32,000 nucleotides of DNA from Pasteurella multocida. Lineage in GTDB: Bacteria; Pseudomonadota; Gammaproteobacteria; Enterobacterales; Pasteurellaceae. Shown here piece by piece: positions 1 to 11,305 of this stretch (position 1 is the first letter of the stretch; every line of letters starts with the position of its first letter). Where the stretch lies: NCBI RefSeq assembly GCF_900187275.1, contig NZ_LT906458.1, positions 60,001 to 92,000 on the forward strand, written 5' to 3'. The position numbers were made by a program, and so were the translations under genes. Below the pieces are notes generated by a model. The model saw only the letters and a program-made list of their open reading frames with translations, ran no database searches and was not told the DNA's origin.

Positions 1-455
1 CAGTCACAGAAATGATCACGGGTGTGGACTTGGTGAAAGAACAATTGCGTATCGCAGCCGGATTGCCGATCTCCATTAAGCAAGAAGATGTGAAAGTGCG
101 TGGTCATGCGATTGAATGCCGTATTAATGCAGAAGATCCTAAATCCTTCTTGCCTTCACCGGGTAAGGTGGATCATTTACACTCTCCGGGTGGATTAGGT
201 GTGCGTTGGGATTCACATGTTTATGCGGGTTATACCGTCCCACCACATTATGATTCAATGATTGCAAAATTGATTACTTATGGTGATACTCGTGAAGTCG
301 CGATTCGTCGTATGCAAAATGCACTGGGTGAAACGATTTTAACCGGTATTAAAACCAATATTCCTCTGCACGAATTGATTCTGGCAGATGAAAATTTTCA
401 ACAGGGTGGCACGAATATCCATTACCTAGAGAAAAAACTTGGCATGCGTGACTAA
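1..455 (+). CDS. accC: Biotin carboxylase subunit of acetyl-CoA carboxylase, C-terminal part (5' end outside window)
   Basis: Frame is open from nt 3 ([46 protein letters not shown]...), typical biotin carboxylase C-terminal sequence; followed by yhdT/panF/prmA order. Confidence 0.95.
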   Translation, partial: VTEMITGVDLVKEQLRIAAGLPISIKQEDVKVRGHAIECRINAEDPKSFLPSPGKVDHLHSPGGLGVRWDSHVYAGYTVPPHYDSMIAKLITYGDTREVAIRRMQNALGETILTGIKTNIPLHELILADENFQQGGTNIHYLEKKLGMRD

Positions 456-537
456 TTAAAATCTGTCACTTAACGAAGGAACGAGAAAAGTGGATTTATC
501 CACTTTTCTTATATCAGTTTTACAAGGAATTTATAAA

Positions 538-789
538 ATGAATCTTAATTCCCGCTATAAGCAAGCAACAAAAGAAGCGCTATGGGCGTTTGGGTTAACC
601 ATTTTATATATGGTTGGTTGGTGTGTTTTTGCCTATGGATTACCAAATACAAAAGGATTTTTTGACTTCCCACTCTGGTTTGAATTTTCCTGCTTTTATT
701 TGCCAATCCTCTTCACAGCTATCATTTATATTTGTATTAAATTTGTCTTTTGTGATATCGATTTAGAGGACAATGAAAATGAACTATAG
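538..789 (+). CDS. yhdT: YhdT-like small membrane protein (track ORF starts at 490; ATG at 538 is a likely start)
   Basis: Short hydrophobic protein MNLNSRYKQATKEALWAFGLTILYMVGWCVFAYGLP..., located between accC and panF and overlapping the panF start. Confidence 0.8.
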   Translation: MNLNSRYKQATKEALWAFGLTILYMVGWCVFAYGLPNTKGFFDFPLWFEFSCFYLPILFTAIIYICIKFVFCDIDLEDNENEL

Positions 790-2212
790 CATTCTTATTC
801 CTTTATTCCTGTATTTATGCTTTGTGTTTGCAGTGGCTTATTATGCCTATGCTAAACGACAAAAGGGGAGCTTTTTAAGTGAATATTATGTTGGAAATCG
901 CTCTATGTCTGGTTTTGTATTGGCGATGACGACGGCTGCAACTTATGTAGGGGCGAGTTCATTTATTGGTGGACCGGGTGCCGCGTATAAATTTGGTTTA
1001 GGCTGGGTTTTATTGGCGATGATTCAAGTCCCCGTGGTGCTTTTTACCCTTGGTGTATTGGGGAAAAAATTTGCCATGTGGGCAAGAGAACATAAAAGTT
1101 TAACCATTAATGACATTTTATTTTCTCGCTATAAAAGCCCAACCATTGTGTTGTTAGCCAGTTTATCCTTGTTATTTTCCTTCTTTATTATGATGGCAGT
1201 ACAATTCATTGGTGTTGGACGTTTATTAGAAACCACATTGAATATTGACTACCGTCTTTCTGTACTAATTTTTGCCACAACTGTGGGAATCTATACTTTC
1301 ATTGGTGGCTTTAGAGCGGTAGTATTAACGGACACGATTCAAGGTCTCATCATGATGATCGGTACGTTCCTACTGTTATTTGGTGTGATTTATGCTGGTG
1401 GCGGAGTCAGTCAAATCATAGATACATTAGAAACGATTGATCCACGTTTGATTACGCCTTATGGCATTGAAGCAAGACCGCTTGATTTTACTTTTATGGC
1501 GTCTTTCTGGGTGTTGGTGTGTTTTGGATTGTTAGGGCTTCCACATACGGTTATCCGCGCGATGTCATATAAAAACAGTAAAGCATTACATAGTGGAATT
1601 GTGATTGGTACTGTGGTGATTGCCTTATTAATGTTAGGGATGCATTTAGCTGGCGCACTAGGACGAGCGGTGGTACCAGAATTATCAGTTACGGATAAAA
1701 TTATTCCAACTTTGATGATTCAAGTGCTTCCGCCTGTGGTTGCTGGGATTTTCTTAGCGGCGCCGATGGCAGCCATTATGTCATCTATTGACTCGATGCT
1801 TATTCAAGCGTCTTCGACGTTAATTAAAGATTTATATCTACGTTTTAAACCTGAGCAAATTCGTAATGAGCGACGGGTCAAAATTTTATCGACAGTCGCT
1901 ACATTATTCATGACGGTTTTAGTCACTGTCGCGACATTAAATCCGCCTGATATGCTGATTTGGTTAAACTTATTTGCCTTAGGGGGATTAGAAACAACGT
2001 TCTTATGGGTGATGTTGCTAGGCTTATATTGGCAGAAAGCGAATGCATATGGTGCGGTATGTTCCATGATAGTTGGTTTTGGCTCTTATGTGACCTTAAC
2101 TGCGGCTTCAATTAAATTATTGGATTTCCATGCGATTGTGCCTGCTTTATTATTTGGTTTGATCGCTTTCCTAATTGGTAACCAATACGGTGAGCGTAAG
2201 ATTCAGCACTAA
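773..2212 (+). CDS. panF: Sodium/pantothenate symporter
   Basis: 479-aa SSS-family protein with VGNRSMSGFVLAMTTAATYVGASSFIGGPGAAYKFGLGWVLLAMIQ; conserved neighbourhood yhdT-panF-prmA. Confidence 0.93.
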   Translation: MKMNYSILIPLFLYLCFVFAVAYYAYAKRQKGSFLSEYYVGNRSMSGFVLAMTTAATYVGASSFIGGPGAAYKFGLGWVLLAMIQVPVVLFTLGVLGKKFAMWAREHKSLTINDILFSRYKSPTIVLLASLSLLFSFFIMMAVQFIGVGRLLETTLNIDYRLSVLIFATTVGIYTFIGGFRAVVLTDTIQGLIMMIGTFLLLFGVIYAGGGVSQIIDTLETIDPRLITPYGIEARPLDFTFMASFWVLVCFGLLGLPHTVIRAMSYKNSKALHSGIVIGTVVIALLMLGMHLAGALGRAVVPELSVTDKIIPTLMIQVLPPVVAGIFLAAPMAAIMSSIDSMLIQASSTLIKDLYLRFKPEQIRNERRVKILSTVATLFMTVLVTVATLNPPDMLIWLNLFALGGLETTFLWVMLLGLYWQKANAYGAVCSMIVGFGSYVTLTAASIKLLDFHAIVPALLFGLIAFLIGNQYGERKIQH

Positions 2213-2237
2213 GTGACATTACCATGACATGATTTGA

Positions 2238-2270
2238 GGGCAGACCTGAGTGTCTGCCCTTATTATTTTG
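2238..2270 (+). terminator. Rho-independent terminator after panF
   Basis: Inverted repeat GGGCAGAC-ctgagt-GTCTGCCC (2238-2259) followed by TTATTATTTTG. Confidence 0.75.
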
Positions 2271-2354
2271 CGTAAAAACCTGCAACAATGTGTCGTGACA
2301 CGATACAATACACGACAGGTTATGATTTTATTAACAGATTGAGGACAATTGATT

Positions 2355-3236
2355 ATGGCTTGGATCCAAATTCGTATTAATAGTACTAATACACAAGCAG
2401 AACAGATGAGCGATTACTTAGCCGAAATTGGTGCGGTGTCGGTGACATTTATGGACAGCCAAGATACTCCTATTTTTGAACCGCTTCCAGGGGAAACTCG
2501 TTTGTGGGGGAATACGGATGTGGTGGCGTTATTTGATGCAGAAACAGACATGCAACAGATTGTGGATTTACTCAAAGAAGCGCAATATCTCGTTGAAAGT
2601 TCTGTATATAAAATTGAACAAATTGAAGATAAAGATTGGGAGAGAGAATGGATGGATAACTTTCATCCTATGCGATTTGGTAAACGTTTATGGATTTGTC
2701 CAAGTTGGCGTGAGGTACCAGATGAAAACGCTACCAATGTAATGCTCGATCCTGGTTTGGCGTTTGGTACAGGTACTCATCCAACGACCGCATTGTGTTT
2801 AGAATGGTTAGATAGCCTTGATTTACAAGATAAAACTGTGATTGATTTTGGTTGCGGTTCGGGCATTTTAGCGATTGCCGCCCTAAAACTGGGCGCGAAA
2901 AGTGCGGTGGGCATTGATATTGATCCACAAGCGATTTTAGCCAGCCGTAATAATGCGGAGCAAAATGGCGTAGCCGACAGACTGCAATTATTCTTATCTG
3001 AAGATAAGCCGGCTGATCTAAAAGCAGATGTGGTGGTAGCCAATATTCTTGCAGGACCATTAAAAGAACTTTATCCAGTGATTCGCCAATTAGTGAAACC
3101 AAATGGTGTTCTAGGGCTATCAGGCATTTTAGCAACTCAAGCATCGTCCGTTTGTGATGCCTACGCGCAATCTTTTGTCCTTGAACCCGTAGAAGAACGC
3201 GAAGAATGGTGCCGTATTACGGGAAAATTGCAATAG
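2355..3236 (+). CDS. prmA: Ribosomal protein L11 methyltransferase
   Basis: [10 protein letters not shown]...[12 protein letters not shown]...[21 protein letters not shown]...[20 protein letters not shown]; ATG at 2355 preferred over TTG at 2349. Confidence 0.96.
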   Translation: MAWIQIRINSTNTQAEQMSDYLAEIGAVSVTFMDSQDTPIFEPLPGETRLWGNTDVVALFDAETDMQQIVDLLKEAQYLVESSVYKIEQIEDKDWEREWMDNFHPMRFGKRLWICPSWREVPDENATNVMLDPGLAFGTGTHPTTALCLEWLDSLDLQDKTVIDFGCGSGILAIAALKLGAKSAVGIDIDPQAILASRNNAEQNGVADRLQLFLSEDKPADLKADVVVANILAGPLKELYPVIRQLVKPNGVLGLSGILATQASSVCDAYAQSFVLEPVEEREEWCRITGKLQ

Positions 3237-3420
3237 AGGAACCGTGTCATTTAGCGGAAATATAAAAGCGAGAAAAATTATTTTGCTTATTTTATGAGCA
3301 AATGGAGTGGATTGAGCAATAAATAAACGATTGTTAAGTAATTTTTGAGCAGGAAACCGTTTGCTTTCTTAATATAAATCAAAAAATGTTCAAAAAGCAC
3401 TTTGTGTATAAAAAATATGC

Positions 3421-3449
3421 TTTCCAAATGGCTTAAAAGTGCGTATTAT
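3421..3449 (+). promoter_or_regulatory. Candidate promoter of the dusB-fis operon
   Basis: TTTCCA (3421-3426), 17-bp spacer, TATTAT (3444-3449), upstream of dusB. Confidence 0.4.
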
Positions 3450-3512
3450 AGCATCCCTTATCGGTCCGGGTATGTTTAACCGATAAAATAGGATTTGGAT
3501 GTTAAAGGAGTA

Positions 3513-4517
3513 ATGACAGTGCGGATAGGTTCTTATCAGCTTAAAAATCGCATTTTTCTTGCTCCTATGGCTGGCATCACTGACCAACCATTTCGGCGAA
3601 TCTGCACTCATTATGGGGCAGGTTTAACTTTTTCTGAAATGATGTCAACGAATCCGCAAGTCTGGCATACCGAAAAATCGAAACTGCGCTTGGCTCATCA
3701 TCAAGAAGCAGGAATTAATGCTGTGCAAATAGCTGGTTGTGATCCCGATGAGATGGCGAAAGCCGCTCAAATCAATGTAGAATATGGGGCAGAAATTATT
3801 GATATCAATATGGGCTGCCCAGCCAAAAAAGTGAATCGTAAAATGGCGGGCTCTGCGCTGTTACAATATCCTGATTTGGTCAAACAAATTCTTAATAAAG
3901 TTGTGAAATCTGTTACTGTACCAGTGACATTAAAGATAAGAACAGGCTGGGATAAAGACAACCGAAATTGTTTAGAAATCGCTAAAATTGCAGAGCAATG
4001 TGGTATTCAAGCACTGACCATCCATGGACGAACAAGGAGTTGTATGTTTGAGGGGGAGGCTGAATATGACAATATCAAGGCGGTCAAAGAGCAACTTTCT
4101 ATTCCGATTATTGCCAATGGCGATATTACTTCCGCTGAAAAAGCAAAGTATGTTCTTGATTATACCAACGCAGATGCAATAATGATCGGACGTGGTTCAT
4201 TAGGCAATCCGTGGCTTTTCCGAGTTATGGAAAGCTTAATTGAAAAAGACTCGATTGTTTTAGAGCCAAGTTTAAACGAGAAATGTAATGTGATTTTACA
4301 GCATATCCAAGAACTACATCAATTTTATGGTGCGGAGAAAGGATGTCGTATTGCACGTAAACACGTTGCTTGGTATTTACAGGGAATCCAACCTAATCCC
4401 GTTTTTAGACAGGCTTTTAATGCAATTACTGATCCCAAAGAACAATTAATTGCTTTAGAAGGTTTTTTTAATTTGATTCTGATGGATAAAGAAAAAAATG
4501 TTAGAACAACAACGTAA
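3513..4517 (+). CDS. dusB: tRNA-dihydrouridine synthase B
   Basis: [22 protein letters not shown]..., [33 protein letters not shown]; aaaggag RBS before ATG at 3513; overlaps fis. Confidence 0.95.
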   Translation: MTVRIGSYQLKNRIFLAPMAGITDQPFRRICTHYGAGLTFSEMMSTNPQVWHTEKSKLRLAHHQEAGINAVQIAGCDPDEMAKAAQINVEYGAEIIDINMGCPAKKVNRKMAGSALLQYPDLVKQILNKVVKSVTVPVTLKIRTGWDKDNRNCLEIAKIAEQCGIQALTIHGRTRSCMFEGEAEYDNIKAVKEQLSIPIIANGDITSAEKAKYVLDYTNADAIMIGRGSLGNPWLFRVMESLIEKDSIVLEPSLNEKCNVILQHIQELHQFYGAEKGCRIARKHVAWYLQGIQPNPVFRQAFNAITDPKEQLIALEGFFNLILMDKEKNVRTTT

Positions 4518-4806
4518 TCCTGCTGATGCACTAACTGTATCAGTGTTAAATTCACAATCTCAAGTCACAAATAAACCATTGCGTGATTCTGTGAAACAAG
4601 CATTGAGAAATTATTTGTCGCAGTTAGATGGCCAAGATGTCAATGAGCTTTATGAATTAGTATTAGCAGAAGTTGAGCATCCTATGTTAGATATGGTTAT
4701 GCAATATACACGTGGAAATCAAACTCGTGCAGCGACAATGTTAGGGATTAACCGTGGCACTTTACGTAAGAAATTAAAAAAGTACGGTATGGGTGGACCA
4801 TTGTAG
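4498..4806 (+). CDS. fis: DNA-binding protein Fis
   Basis: C-terminal ...[35 protein letters not shown]; dusB-fis operon arrangement. Confidence 0.97.
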   Translation: MLEQQRNPADALTVSVLNSQSQVTNKPLRDSVKQALRNYLSQLDGQDVNELYELVLAEVEHPMLDMVMQYTRGNQTRAATMLGINRGTLRKKLKKYGMGGPL

Positions 4807-4830
4807 TATTTAAACTAGTTTTGGTTATAG

Positions 4831-4857
4831 AAGGGCGGACTTAGGTTCGCCTTTTTA
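4831..4857 (+). terminator. Rho-independent terminator after fis
   Basis: AAGGGCG...CGCCTTTTTAA hairpin plus T-tract. Confidence 0.6.
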
Positions 4858-4932
4858 ATTTTCATTTCCTTTCTTTTTCAAAACAATGATTTTTACGCCT
4901 CAGATTGCAAAAAAATCAAAGTGTAAATATCA

Positions 4933-4948
4933 ACGCAAACGTTTTCGT
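4933..4948 (+). promoter_or_regulatory. PurR operator (PUR box) upstream of purL
   Basis: ACGCAAACGTTTTCGT matches the ACGCAAACGTTTTCNT consensus exactly; TATAAT lies downstream at 4966-4971. Confidence 0.88.
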
Positions 4949-5017
4949 TTTTTCTGATTTCCCTTTATAATAGCCCCGTTTTTCGTTTTAATTATTTAAC
5001 TAAACAGGGCTAATCCT

Positions 5018-8000
5018 ATGTTACAAATTTTTCGTGGTTCTCCCGCACTTTCTGAATTTCGTTTAAATCAACTTGCTGTGCGTTTTCAAAAAGCCAATCT
5101 TCCCGTGAGCGCGTGTTATGCGGAATATATTCATTTTGCTGACTTATCTGAACCCTTAACAGAAGATGAAAGCGCAAAATTAGACCAACTATTACACTAT
5201 GGTCCCACTCTTGCGGAGCATGATCCTGTTGGTCACTGTTTTATCGTGATTCCGCGTATTGGCACTATTTCATCTTGGTCATCTAAAGCAACCGATATTG
5301 CGCACAACTGTGGCTTAAACAAAGTGAATCGTTTAGAGCGTGGATTAGCATTTTATTTTGAATTTGACCGCATGTTATTGTCTGAAGAGCAACAACGCTT
5401 GGTTTCACACATTCATGACCGAATGTTAGAAGGCATCATTCATACCCCTGAAGAAGCCAAAGTGCTGTTCGACCAACAAGCACCAAAACCATTTACTACT
5501 GTTGATATTTTGAGCGGTGGGCGTCAAGCGTTAGAAAATGCAAACGTGGAATTAGGTCTGGCGCTCGCAGAAGATGAAATTGATTATTTAGTCGAAAATT
5601 TCACCGCACTAGGTCGCAACCCAAATGACATCGAACTGTATATGTTCGCACAGGCAAACTCTGAACACTGCCGTCATAAAATTTTTAATGCGGATTGGAT
5701 CATTGATGGCGAAAAACAAGAAAAATCCTTGTTTAAAATGATTAAAAATACCTTTGAGAAAACCCCAGATCACGTACTTTCAGCCTATAAAGATAACGCG
5801 GCGGTGATGGAAGGTTCAAAAGTGGGACGATTCTTCCCGGATCAAGATGGGCAATATCGCTATCACAATGAAGATGCGCATATCTTAATGAAAGTGGAAA
5901 CTCACAACCACCCAACTGCGATTTCGCCCTTCCCAGGCGCGGCAACCGGTTCTGGTGGTGAGATCCGTGATGAGGGCGCAACCGGTCGTGGTGCGAAACC
6001 AAAAGCCGGTTTAGTGGGCTTCTCGGTGTCTAACTTAGTGATTCCAGGTTTTGAACAACCTTGGGAAAATCCAGTGTCGAAACCTAATCGTATTGCTTCA
6101 GCACTCGATATTATGATCGAAGGACCTTTAGGCGGTGCAGCATTTAACAATGAATTTGGTCGCCCAGCGTTATTAGGTTATTTCCGTACTTATGAAGAAA
6201 AAGTCAATAGCTTTGCGGGTGAAGAAGTACGTGGTTACCATAAACCGATCATGTTAGCGGGTGGGATTGGCAATATCCGTGCAGAACATGTACAAAAAGG
6301 CGAAATTCCTGTCGGGGCAAAACTGATTGTATTAGGTGGACCTGCCATGAACATCGGTTTAGGCGGTGGAGCAGCTTCTTCTATGGCTTCGGGTAAATCA
6401 AAAGAAGATTTAGATTTTGCCTCGGTACAACGGGATAACCCAGAAATGGAACGTCGTTGCCAAGAAGTGATCGACCGTTGCTGGCAGTTAGGTGAGGACA
6501 ACCCAATTCTCTTTATTCACGATGTGGGGGCAGGTGGTTTATCCAATGCGATGCCAGAACTCGTACATGATGGCGGTCGTGGCGGGAAATTTGAACTACG
6601 CAAGATCTTAAGTGATGAGCGTGGTATGAGCCCATTAGAAATTTGGTGTAACGAATCGCAAGAACGTTATGTGTTAGCAGTTGCGCCAGAAAAACTCGAA
6701 TTATTTACCGCACTTTGTGAACGTGAACGTGCGCCCTTTGCGGTGATTGGTGAAGCCACCGAGCAAAAGCATTTAACCTTACACGATGATCATTTCGACA
6801 ATAACCCAATCGATTTACCGATGAACGTGTTGTTGGGTAAAACGCCAAAAATGACCCGTGATGTGAAATCAAAAACGGTAGAAGGTAGCGCTTTAGATCA
6901 CTCTCAAATTGACTTAAAAGAAGCGTTTCACCGTGTGTTACGCTTACCTGTGGTGGCAGAAAAAACCTTCTTAATTACCATTGGTGACCGTTCTGTGACC
7001 GGTATGGTGGCACGGGATCAAATGGTCGGTCCATGGCAAATTCCTGTGGCAGACTGTGCAGTCACTACAGCAAGTTTAGACAGCTATCACGGTGAAGCCA
7101 TGTCAATGGGTGAACGTGCGCCTGTGGCATTATTAGATTTTGCCGCGTCTGCGCGTTTAGCGGTAGCAGAATCGATTACCAATATCGCAGCAACGAACAT
7201 TGGTGATATTAAACGTATTAAATTATCAGCGAACTGGATGTCAGCAGCAGGTCACGAAGGCGAAGATGCAGGCTTATATCAAGCGGTGAAAGCCGTCGGT
7301 GAAGAGCTTTGTCCACAACTTGGCTTAACTATTCCTGTGGGCAAGGACTCCATGTCAATGAAAACCACGTGGCACGAAAACGGTGAACAAAAAACCGTGA
7401 CGGCGCCATTATCTTTAGTGATTAGTGCTTTTGCACGTGTGGAAGATGTACGCAAAACAGTCACGCCACAATTACGCACCGACAAAGGACACAGTCGCTT
7501 ATTATTAATTGACTTAGGCGAAGGCAAAAATCGCTTAGGTGCGACCGCACTTGCGCAAGTGTATAAACAACTTGGTGATAAACCTGCGGATGTGGTGAAC
7601 GTTGAAAACTTGAAAAACTTCTTTAATGCCATGCAAGCCTTGGTAGCAGAGCAAAAACTCTTAGCTTACCACGACCGTTCAGACGGCGGTTTAATTGCCA
7701 CCCTTGCCGAAATGGCGTTTGCGGGTAACTGTGGTTTATCGATCCATATCAGTGCATTAGGCGATAACGATCTTGCCGTGTTATTCAATGAAGAATTAGG
7801 CGCGGTGATTCAAGTGCGTGAGAGCGATTTAAGCTATGTACGTGATGTGTTATCACAACATGGTTTAATCCATTTAACCAAAGAGTTAGGGGAAGTGACC
7901 ACAGAAGATCGTATCGAAATTTCTCGTGGTACCAAATTATTATTCAGCCAAAAACGTTCTGAATTGCGTGGTATTTGGGCGGAATTAACCCATCAAATGC

Positions 8001-8911
8001 AACGTTTACGTGATAACCCAGAATGTGCAGACCAAGAGTTTGAAGCGAAGAAAGATCCAGAAAACAAAGGCTTCTCCGCCCATTTAACCTACGACATTAA
8101 CGAAGATATCGCCGCACCTTACATTGCGACAGGTAAAAAACCGCGCATTGCGATTTTACGTGAACAAGGAGTTAACAGCCATTACGAAATGGCAGCGGCC
8201 TTTGACCGTGCGGGCTTTGAAGCGATTGACGTACATATGAGCGATTTACACAACGCTCGCCACCACTTAAAAGACTTCAATGCGTTGGTAGCCTGTGGTG
8301 GTTTCTCTTATGGGGACGTGCTTGGCGCGGGTGGCGGTTGGGCGAAATCGATCTTATTTAACCCAATGTTGCGTGAACAGTTTAGCGAGTTCTTTGCTAA
8401 TCCAAACACTCTTACTTTAGGGGTGTGTAACGGTTGCCAAATGGTTTCTAACCTTGCTGAAATTATCCCAGGTACAGAAGCTTGGCCACGTTTCGTGCGT
8501 AATAAATCAGAGCGTTTCGAAGCGCGTGCTGCATTAGTGCGTATTAATGAGACAAATTCACTTTGGTTCCAAAGCATGGCGGGTTCACATATGCCAATTG
8601 CGGTGTCGCATGGTGAAGGTCAGGTGGAGTTTAAACATCCTGAACAACTTGCTAACTTACAAGCACAAAACTTAGTTATCGCTCAATATATTGATAACAA
8701 CCTCAAACCAACAGAGGTGTACCCTGCTAACCCGAACGGCTCAGTATTAGGTATTACCGCCATCGGTAATGCTGACGGACGTGTCGCCATCATGATGCCA
8801 CACCCAGAACGTGTATTTCGCACGGTTTCTAACTCATGGCACCCAGAAGATTGGAGTGAAGATGGGGCTTGGATGAGATTGTTTAGAAATGCACGTGTTA
8901 GTTTGAAATAG
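5018..8911 (+). CDS. purL: Phosphoribosylformylglycinamidine synthase
   Basis: 1297 aa; [19 protein letters not shown]..., [64 protein letters not shown]-terminal GATase domain with GVCNGCQM and MPHPERVFR. Confidence 0.99.
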   Translation: MLQIFRGSPALSEFRLNQLAVRFQKANLPVSACYAEYIHFADLSEPLTEDESAKLDQLLHYGPTLAEHDPVGHCFIVIPRIGTISSWSSKATDIAHNCGLNKVNRLERGLAFYFEFDRMLLSEEQQRLVSHIHDRMLEGIIHTPEEAKVLFDQQAPKPFTTVDILSGGRQALENANVELGLALAEDEIDYLVENFTALGRNPNDIELYMFAQANSEHCRHKIFNADWIIDGEKQEKSLFKMIKNTFEKTPDHVLSAYKDNAAVMEGSKVGRFFPDQDGQYRYHNEDAHILMKVETHNHPTAISPFPGAATGSGGEIRDEGATGRGAKPKAGLVGFSVSNLVIPGFEQPWENPVSKPNRIASALDIMIEGPLGGAAFNNEFGRPALLGYFRTYEEKVNSFAGEEVRGYHKPIMLAGGIGNIRAEHVQKGEIPVGAKLIVLGGPAMNIGLGGGAASSMASGKSKEDLDFASVQRDNPEMERRCQEVIDRCWQLGEDNPILFIHDVGAGGLSNAMPELVHDGGRGGKFELRKILSDERGMSPLEIWCNESQERYVLAVAPEKLELFTALCERERAPFAVIGEATEQKHLTLHDDHFDNNPIDLPMNVLLGKTPKMTRDVKSKTVEGSALDHSQIDLKEAFHRVLRLPVVAEKTFLITIGDRSVTGMVARDQMVGPWQIPVADCAVTTASLDSYHGEAMSMGERAPVALLDFAASARLAVAESITNIAATNIGDIKRIKLSANWMSAAGHEGEDAGLYQAVKAVGEELCPQLGLTIPVGKDSMSMKTTWHENGEQKTVTAPLSLVISAFARVEDVRKTVTPQLRTDKGHSRLLLIDLGEGKNRLGATALAQVYKQLGDKPADVVNVENLKNFFNAMQALVAEQKLLAYHDRSDGGLIATLAEMAFAGNCGLSIHISALGDNDLAVLFNEELGAVIQVRESDLSYVRDVLSQHGLIHLTKELGEVTTEDRIEISRGTKLLFSQKRSELRGIWAELTHQMQRLRDNPECADQEFEAKKDPENKGFSAHLTYDINEDIAAPYIATGKKPRIAILREQGVNSHYEMAAAFDRAGFEAIDVHMSDLHNARHHLKDFNALVACGGFSYGDVLGAGGGWAKSILFNPMLREQFSEFFANPNTLTLGVCNGCQMVSNLAEIIPGTEAWPRFVRNKSERFEARAALVRINETNSLWFQSMAGSHMPIAVSHGEGQVEFKHPEQLANLQAQNLVIAQYIDNNLKPTEVYPANPNGSVLGITAIGNADGRVAIMMPHPERVFRTVSNSWHPEDWSEDGAWMRLFRNARVSLK

Positions 8912-8960
8912 TTGTGAATGGGTTTGCCAAGCTATAATAACTCTTGTTATTCGACTTAAT

Positions 8961-8989
8961 AGCACTCGTGTTTTCATGAGTGCTTTTTT
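8961..8989 (+). terminator. Rho-independent terminator after purL
   Basis: AGCACTCGTG-tttt-CATGAGTGCT followed by a T-tract. Confidence 0.85.
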
Positions 8990-9344
8990 ATATTGAATTA
9001 AGTGAAAATCTTCATGGTAGATGAGAGTTATCTTTGAAGATGCGTGGAGTTTAAAAATAATGATGTGTCTCACAGTTAAAATAATAAGGTCTTGTCATAT
9101 ATCAATATATAGATGAGAATTTATTTCTGATAGTTAAAGTACTTATCCTATCTTAATGGACTTTTAGAAGGAATCAGGGTACTTTCCTATAAAGATAGAT
9201 GTGTTGCTATTATGATGCGCGTTTACTAACTCATGACCCTTGAGTATTAGGGGATGTTTTTTTACTTAGTTATTAATTTAACTTTTACTAAGAATAGTTT
9301 GGTTGATAAGATTAGTTAAATTATTACTACGCTAAAAAGTATAT

Positions 9345-9917
9345 TTATGTATAGGCTTTTTTTATTTCATCACATAAAAAACAATAGTATTGTAGAGCGG
9401 ATTTATATAATTCAAACACTGAATCCATATCTCTATTGTATTCGGCAAACTTAACTCCTTTATGAGTTATTTGATTTCTTTCATTTCCTAATGTGATGAA
9501 ATCATTCTCACCTTTTTTGAGGTCATCCTCACGCTCTATTTTATTTCTAATTTCTTTTTTAAAATCTTCACCAAATAAACTATAAAAAGTATTGCAGTTT
9601 TTGTGGGTAGTTGATTGTTCCCATTTGAATAGGGTGTGATACTTTCTAGATAGTGCTTGTTTACTAAGAAAATTATGTAATATAGAATTATCTTTTTCTG
9701 AAAATACACTCGGTATAAATTTAGTCAAATGTCTTTCAAATGAGTTTGCTGATGAAATTAATAATATTCTTCTTGATATATCATTATATTCACTCAGAAG
9801 TGTGGTTAAATAGTAATTTTCATGTAATAGTTTGTTTAGCTCTTTAATATTCTCTTTATAATCATCATAAATTTTATTAATTGCGTTAAACTCTTCGCTA
9901 TCTAGAATTTTGAGCAT
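9345..9917 (-). CDS. Small HEPN-type protein, likely MAE_28990/MAE_18760-like HEPN nuclease family
   Basis: 190 aa; conserved-looking C-terminal ERNQITHKG matches the HEPN Rx4-6H motif (R147/H152; codons at 9477-9479 and 9462-9464); N-terminal alpha-helical region; 13 nt downstream of a DUF262 gene. Confidence 0.65.
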   Translation of the reverse strand: MLKILDSEEFNAINKIYDDYKENIKELNKLLHENYYLTTLLSEYNDISRRILLISSANSFERHLTKFIPSVFSEKDNSILHNFLSKQALSRKYHTLFKWEQSTTHKNCNTFYSLFGEDFKKEIRNKIEREDDLKKGENDFITLGNERNQITHKGVKFAEYNRDMDSVFELYKSALQYYCFLCDEIKKAYT

Positions 9918-9930
9918 AAAATATTACCTC

Positions 9931-11169
9931 TTAATTTTTAAAGTTATATTTATTGTAAGCAATCTTCAGTCTTTTGATAACATTTGTCTTGGAACTTGTT
10001 TTTCCTGTGGAAGCATCTTTGAAATTTTGGTCTTCTTTTAATTCTTCAATAAATCTTCTATTTATTTGAATTAGATTAATATTCTTTTCGTCCCAAGCTT
10101 TTCTACAACAACCAAAAAACACGGATTCCAAAAATGTAATGCTGAGTTTAGGGTTTTCTGTGGAAAAACTTATTAGTGGACCAGTGATTTCAGAACATTT
10201 ACATTCAATCATGAATTTATCCCAGATTTCTTTCAGTAAGGAAATTTCTTCATCTTTTAAGTTTTTAGCTGAGTTAGCTATATTATTTAGAAACCCTATC
10301 ATTGAGTTTTGATATTCTATTTTTTCATTTTTATTCTTATCTAGAGCGCTATTATATCCTGCTAGTAGCATTCCAAATAGTCTTAAAATTAACTCTATAT
10401 CTTTTAATCTCAAATCCTCTTGGGATTTTGATAGTAGATTTTCTCTCCAGATAGTATTCTTATTCATTTCAATTAATTCTTTTAAAAACTTTGAATGGTA
10501 TAGTGACATTCTTATTTCTTGATTATTTAAATTAACCCCGCCACTATTTAATCTATTGAAAATTTCGAACATAGATTGTACGTTATCCTCACTATCAGTA
10601 GATGGTTTTATAATCATATTTCTGATTGTGGCCAAGTCTAATGTTGTTTTATCTTCAAATTCTAAAGTTTCATAATTTTTATCATGAAATCTATTTTTCT
10701 GAGGATTGTTTTTAGAGTCTAGTTTTAAAGAAAAATTGCTAAATAATTTATTGTTAGATAATAAACTCTTGCTTATAAATTCTCCCGTTTTGGCGCTTTC
10801 TCTTATTTTTAATCTAGCATCAGTTTTAGGAAATTTCCCTTTTACGAAAAAATATAAAGACATAAGTCTTTGTTGGCCATCTATAACAAAAAATTCATTT
10901 CTAGATTTTTCATATAAAAACATCTGTGGAATTGGTAGACCTATAAGAAGTGATTCAATTAACTTTGATGCTTTATTTATATCCCATACATAATTTCTCT
11001 GAAAATCAGGTATCTTAAATACACCAGCATCTAAAAATGATATAATCGTGGATATATTGAAGTCGTTTGGAGTTGTAGTTAATTTAAAAGTCTCAGATGG
11101 GTATAAACTAATTTCATCATCGCAATCATCACTTACTAGGTTTATTTCTTGAATATCTGTATTAGCCAT
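9931..11169 (-). CDS. DUF262 domain protein (GmrSD N-terminal / ParB-like nuclease-fold family)
   Basis: 412 aa with hallmark motifs FKIPDFQRNYVWDINKASKLIESLLIGLPIPQMFLYE and FFVIDGQQRLMSLYFF (DGQQR at 10867-10881); no obvious C-terminal HNH/DUF1524 motif. Confidence 0.88.
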   Translation of the reverse strand: MANTDIQEINLVSDDCDDEISLYPSETFKLTTTPNDFNISTIISFLDAGVFKIPDFQRNYVWDINKASKLIESLLIGLPIPQMFLYEKSRNEFFVIDGQQRLMSLYFFVKGKFPKTDARLKIRESAKTGEFISKSLLSNNKLFSNFSLKLDSKNNPQKNRFHDKNYETLEFEDKTTLDLATIRNMIIKPSTDSEDNVQSMFEIFNRLNSGGVNLNNQEIRMSLYHSKFLKELIEMNKNTIWRENLLSKSQEDLRLKDIELILRLFGMLLAGYNSALDKNKNEKIEYQNSMIGFLNNIANSAKNLKDEEISLLKEIWDKFMIECKCSEITGPLISFSTENPKLSITFLESVFFGCCRKAWDEKNINLIQINRRFIEELKEDQNFKDASTGKTSSKTNVIKRLKIAYNKYNFKN

Positions 11170-11305
11170 AAATGTCTCTTAATTGTAGTTATTAAAATTA
11201 AATAGAATCTTATCACATTAAAGCAATTTGTTTATTGGTAAAGTCAAATAATGTGAGTTTGATCAAAATATTATCTCTTGTGATGCCTCCCTACTATGTT
11301 GTCCC

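Noticed and set aside
5742-8577. Several - strand ORFs (61-117 aa) inside purL
   Set aside because: Wholly contained in purL with no independent support; normal chance antisense ORFs.
9381-9393. ACAATAGTATTGT palindrome near the 3' end of the HEPN gene
   Set aside because: Short AT-rich palindrome inside coding sequence; expected by chance in such composition.
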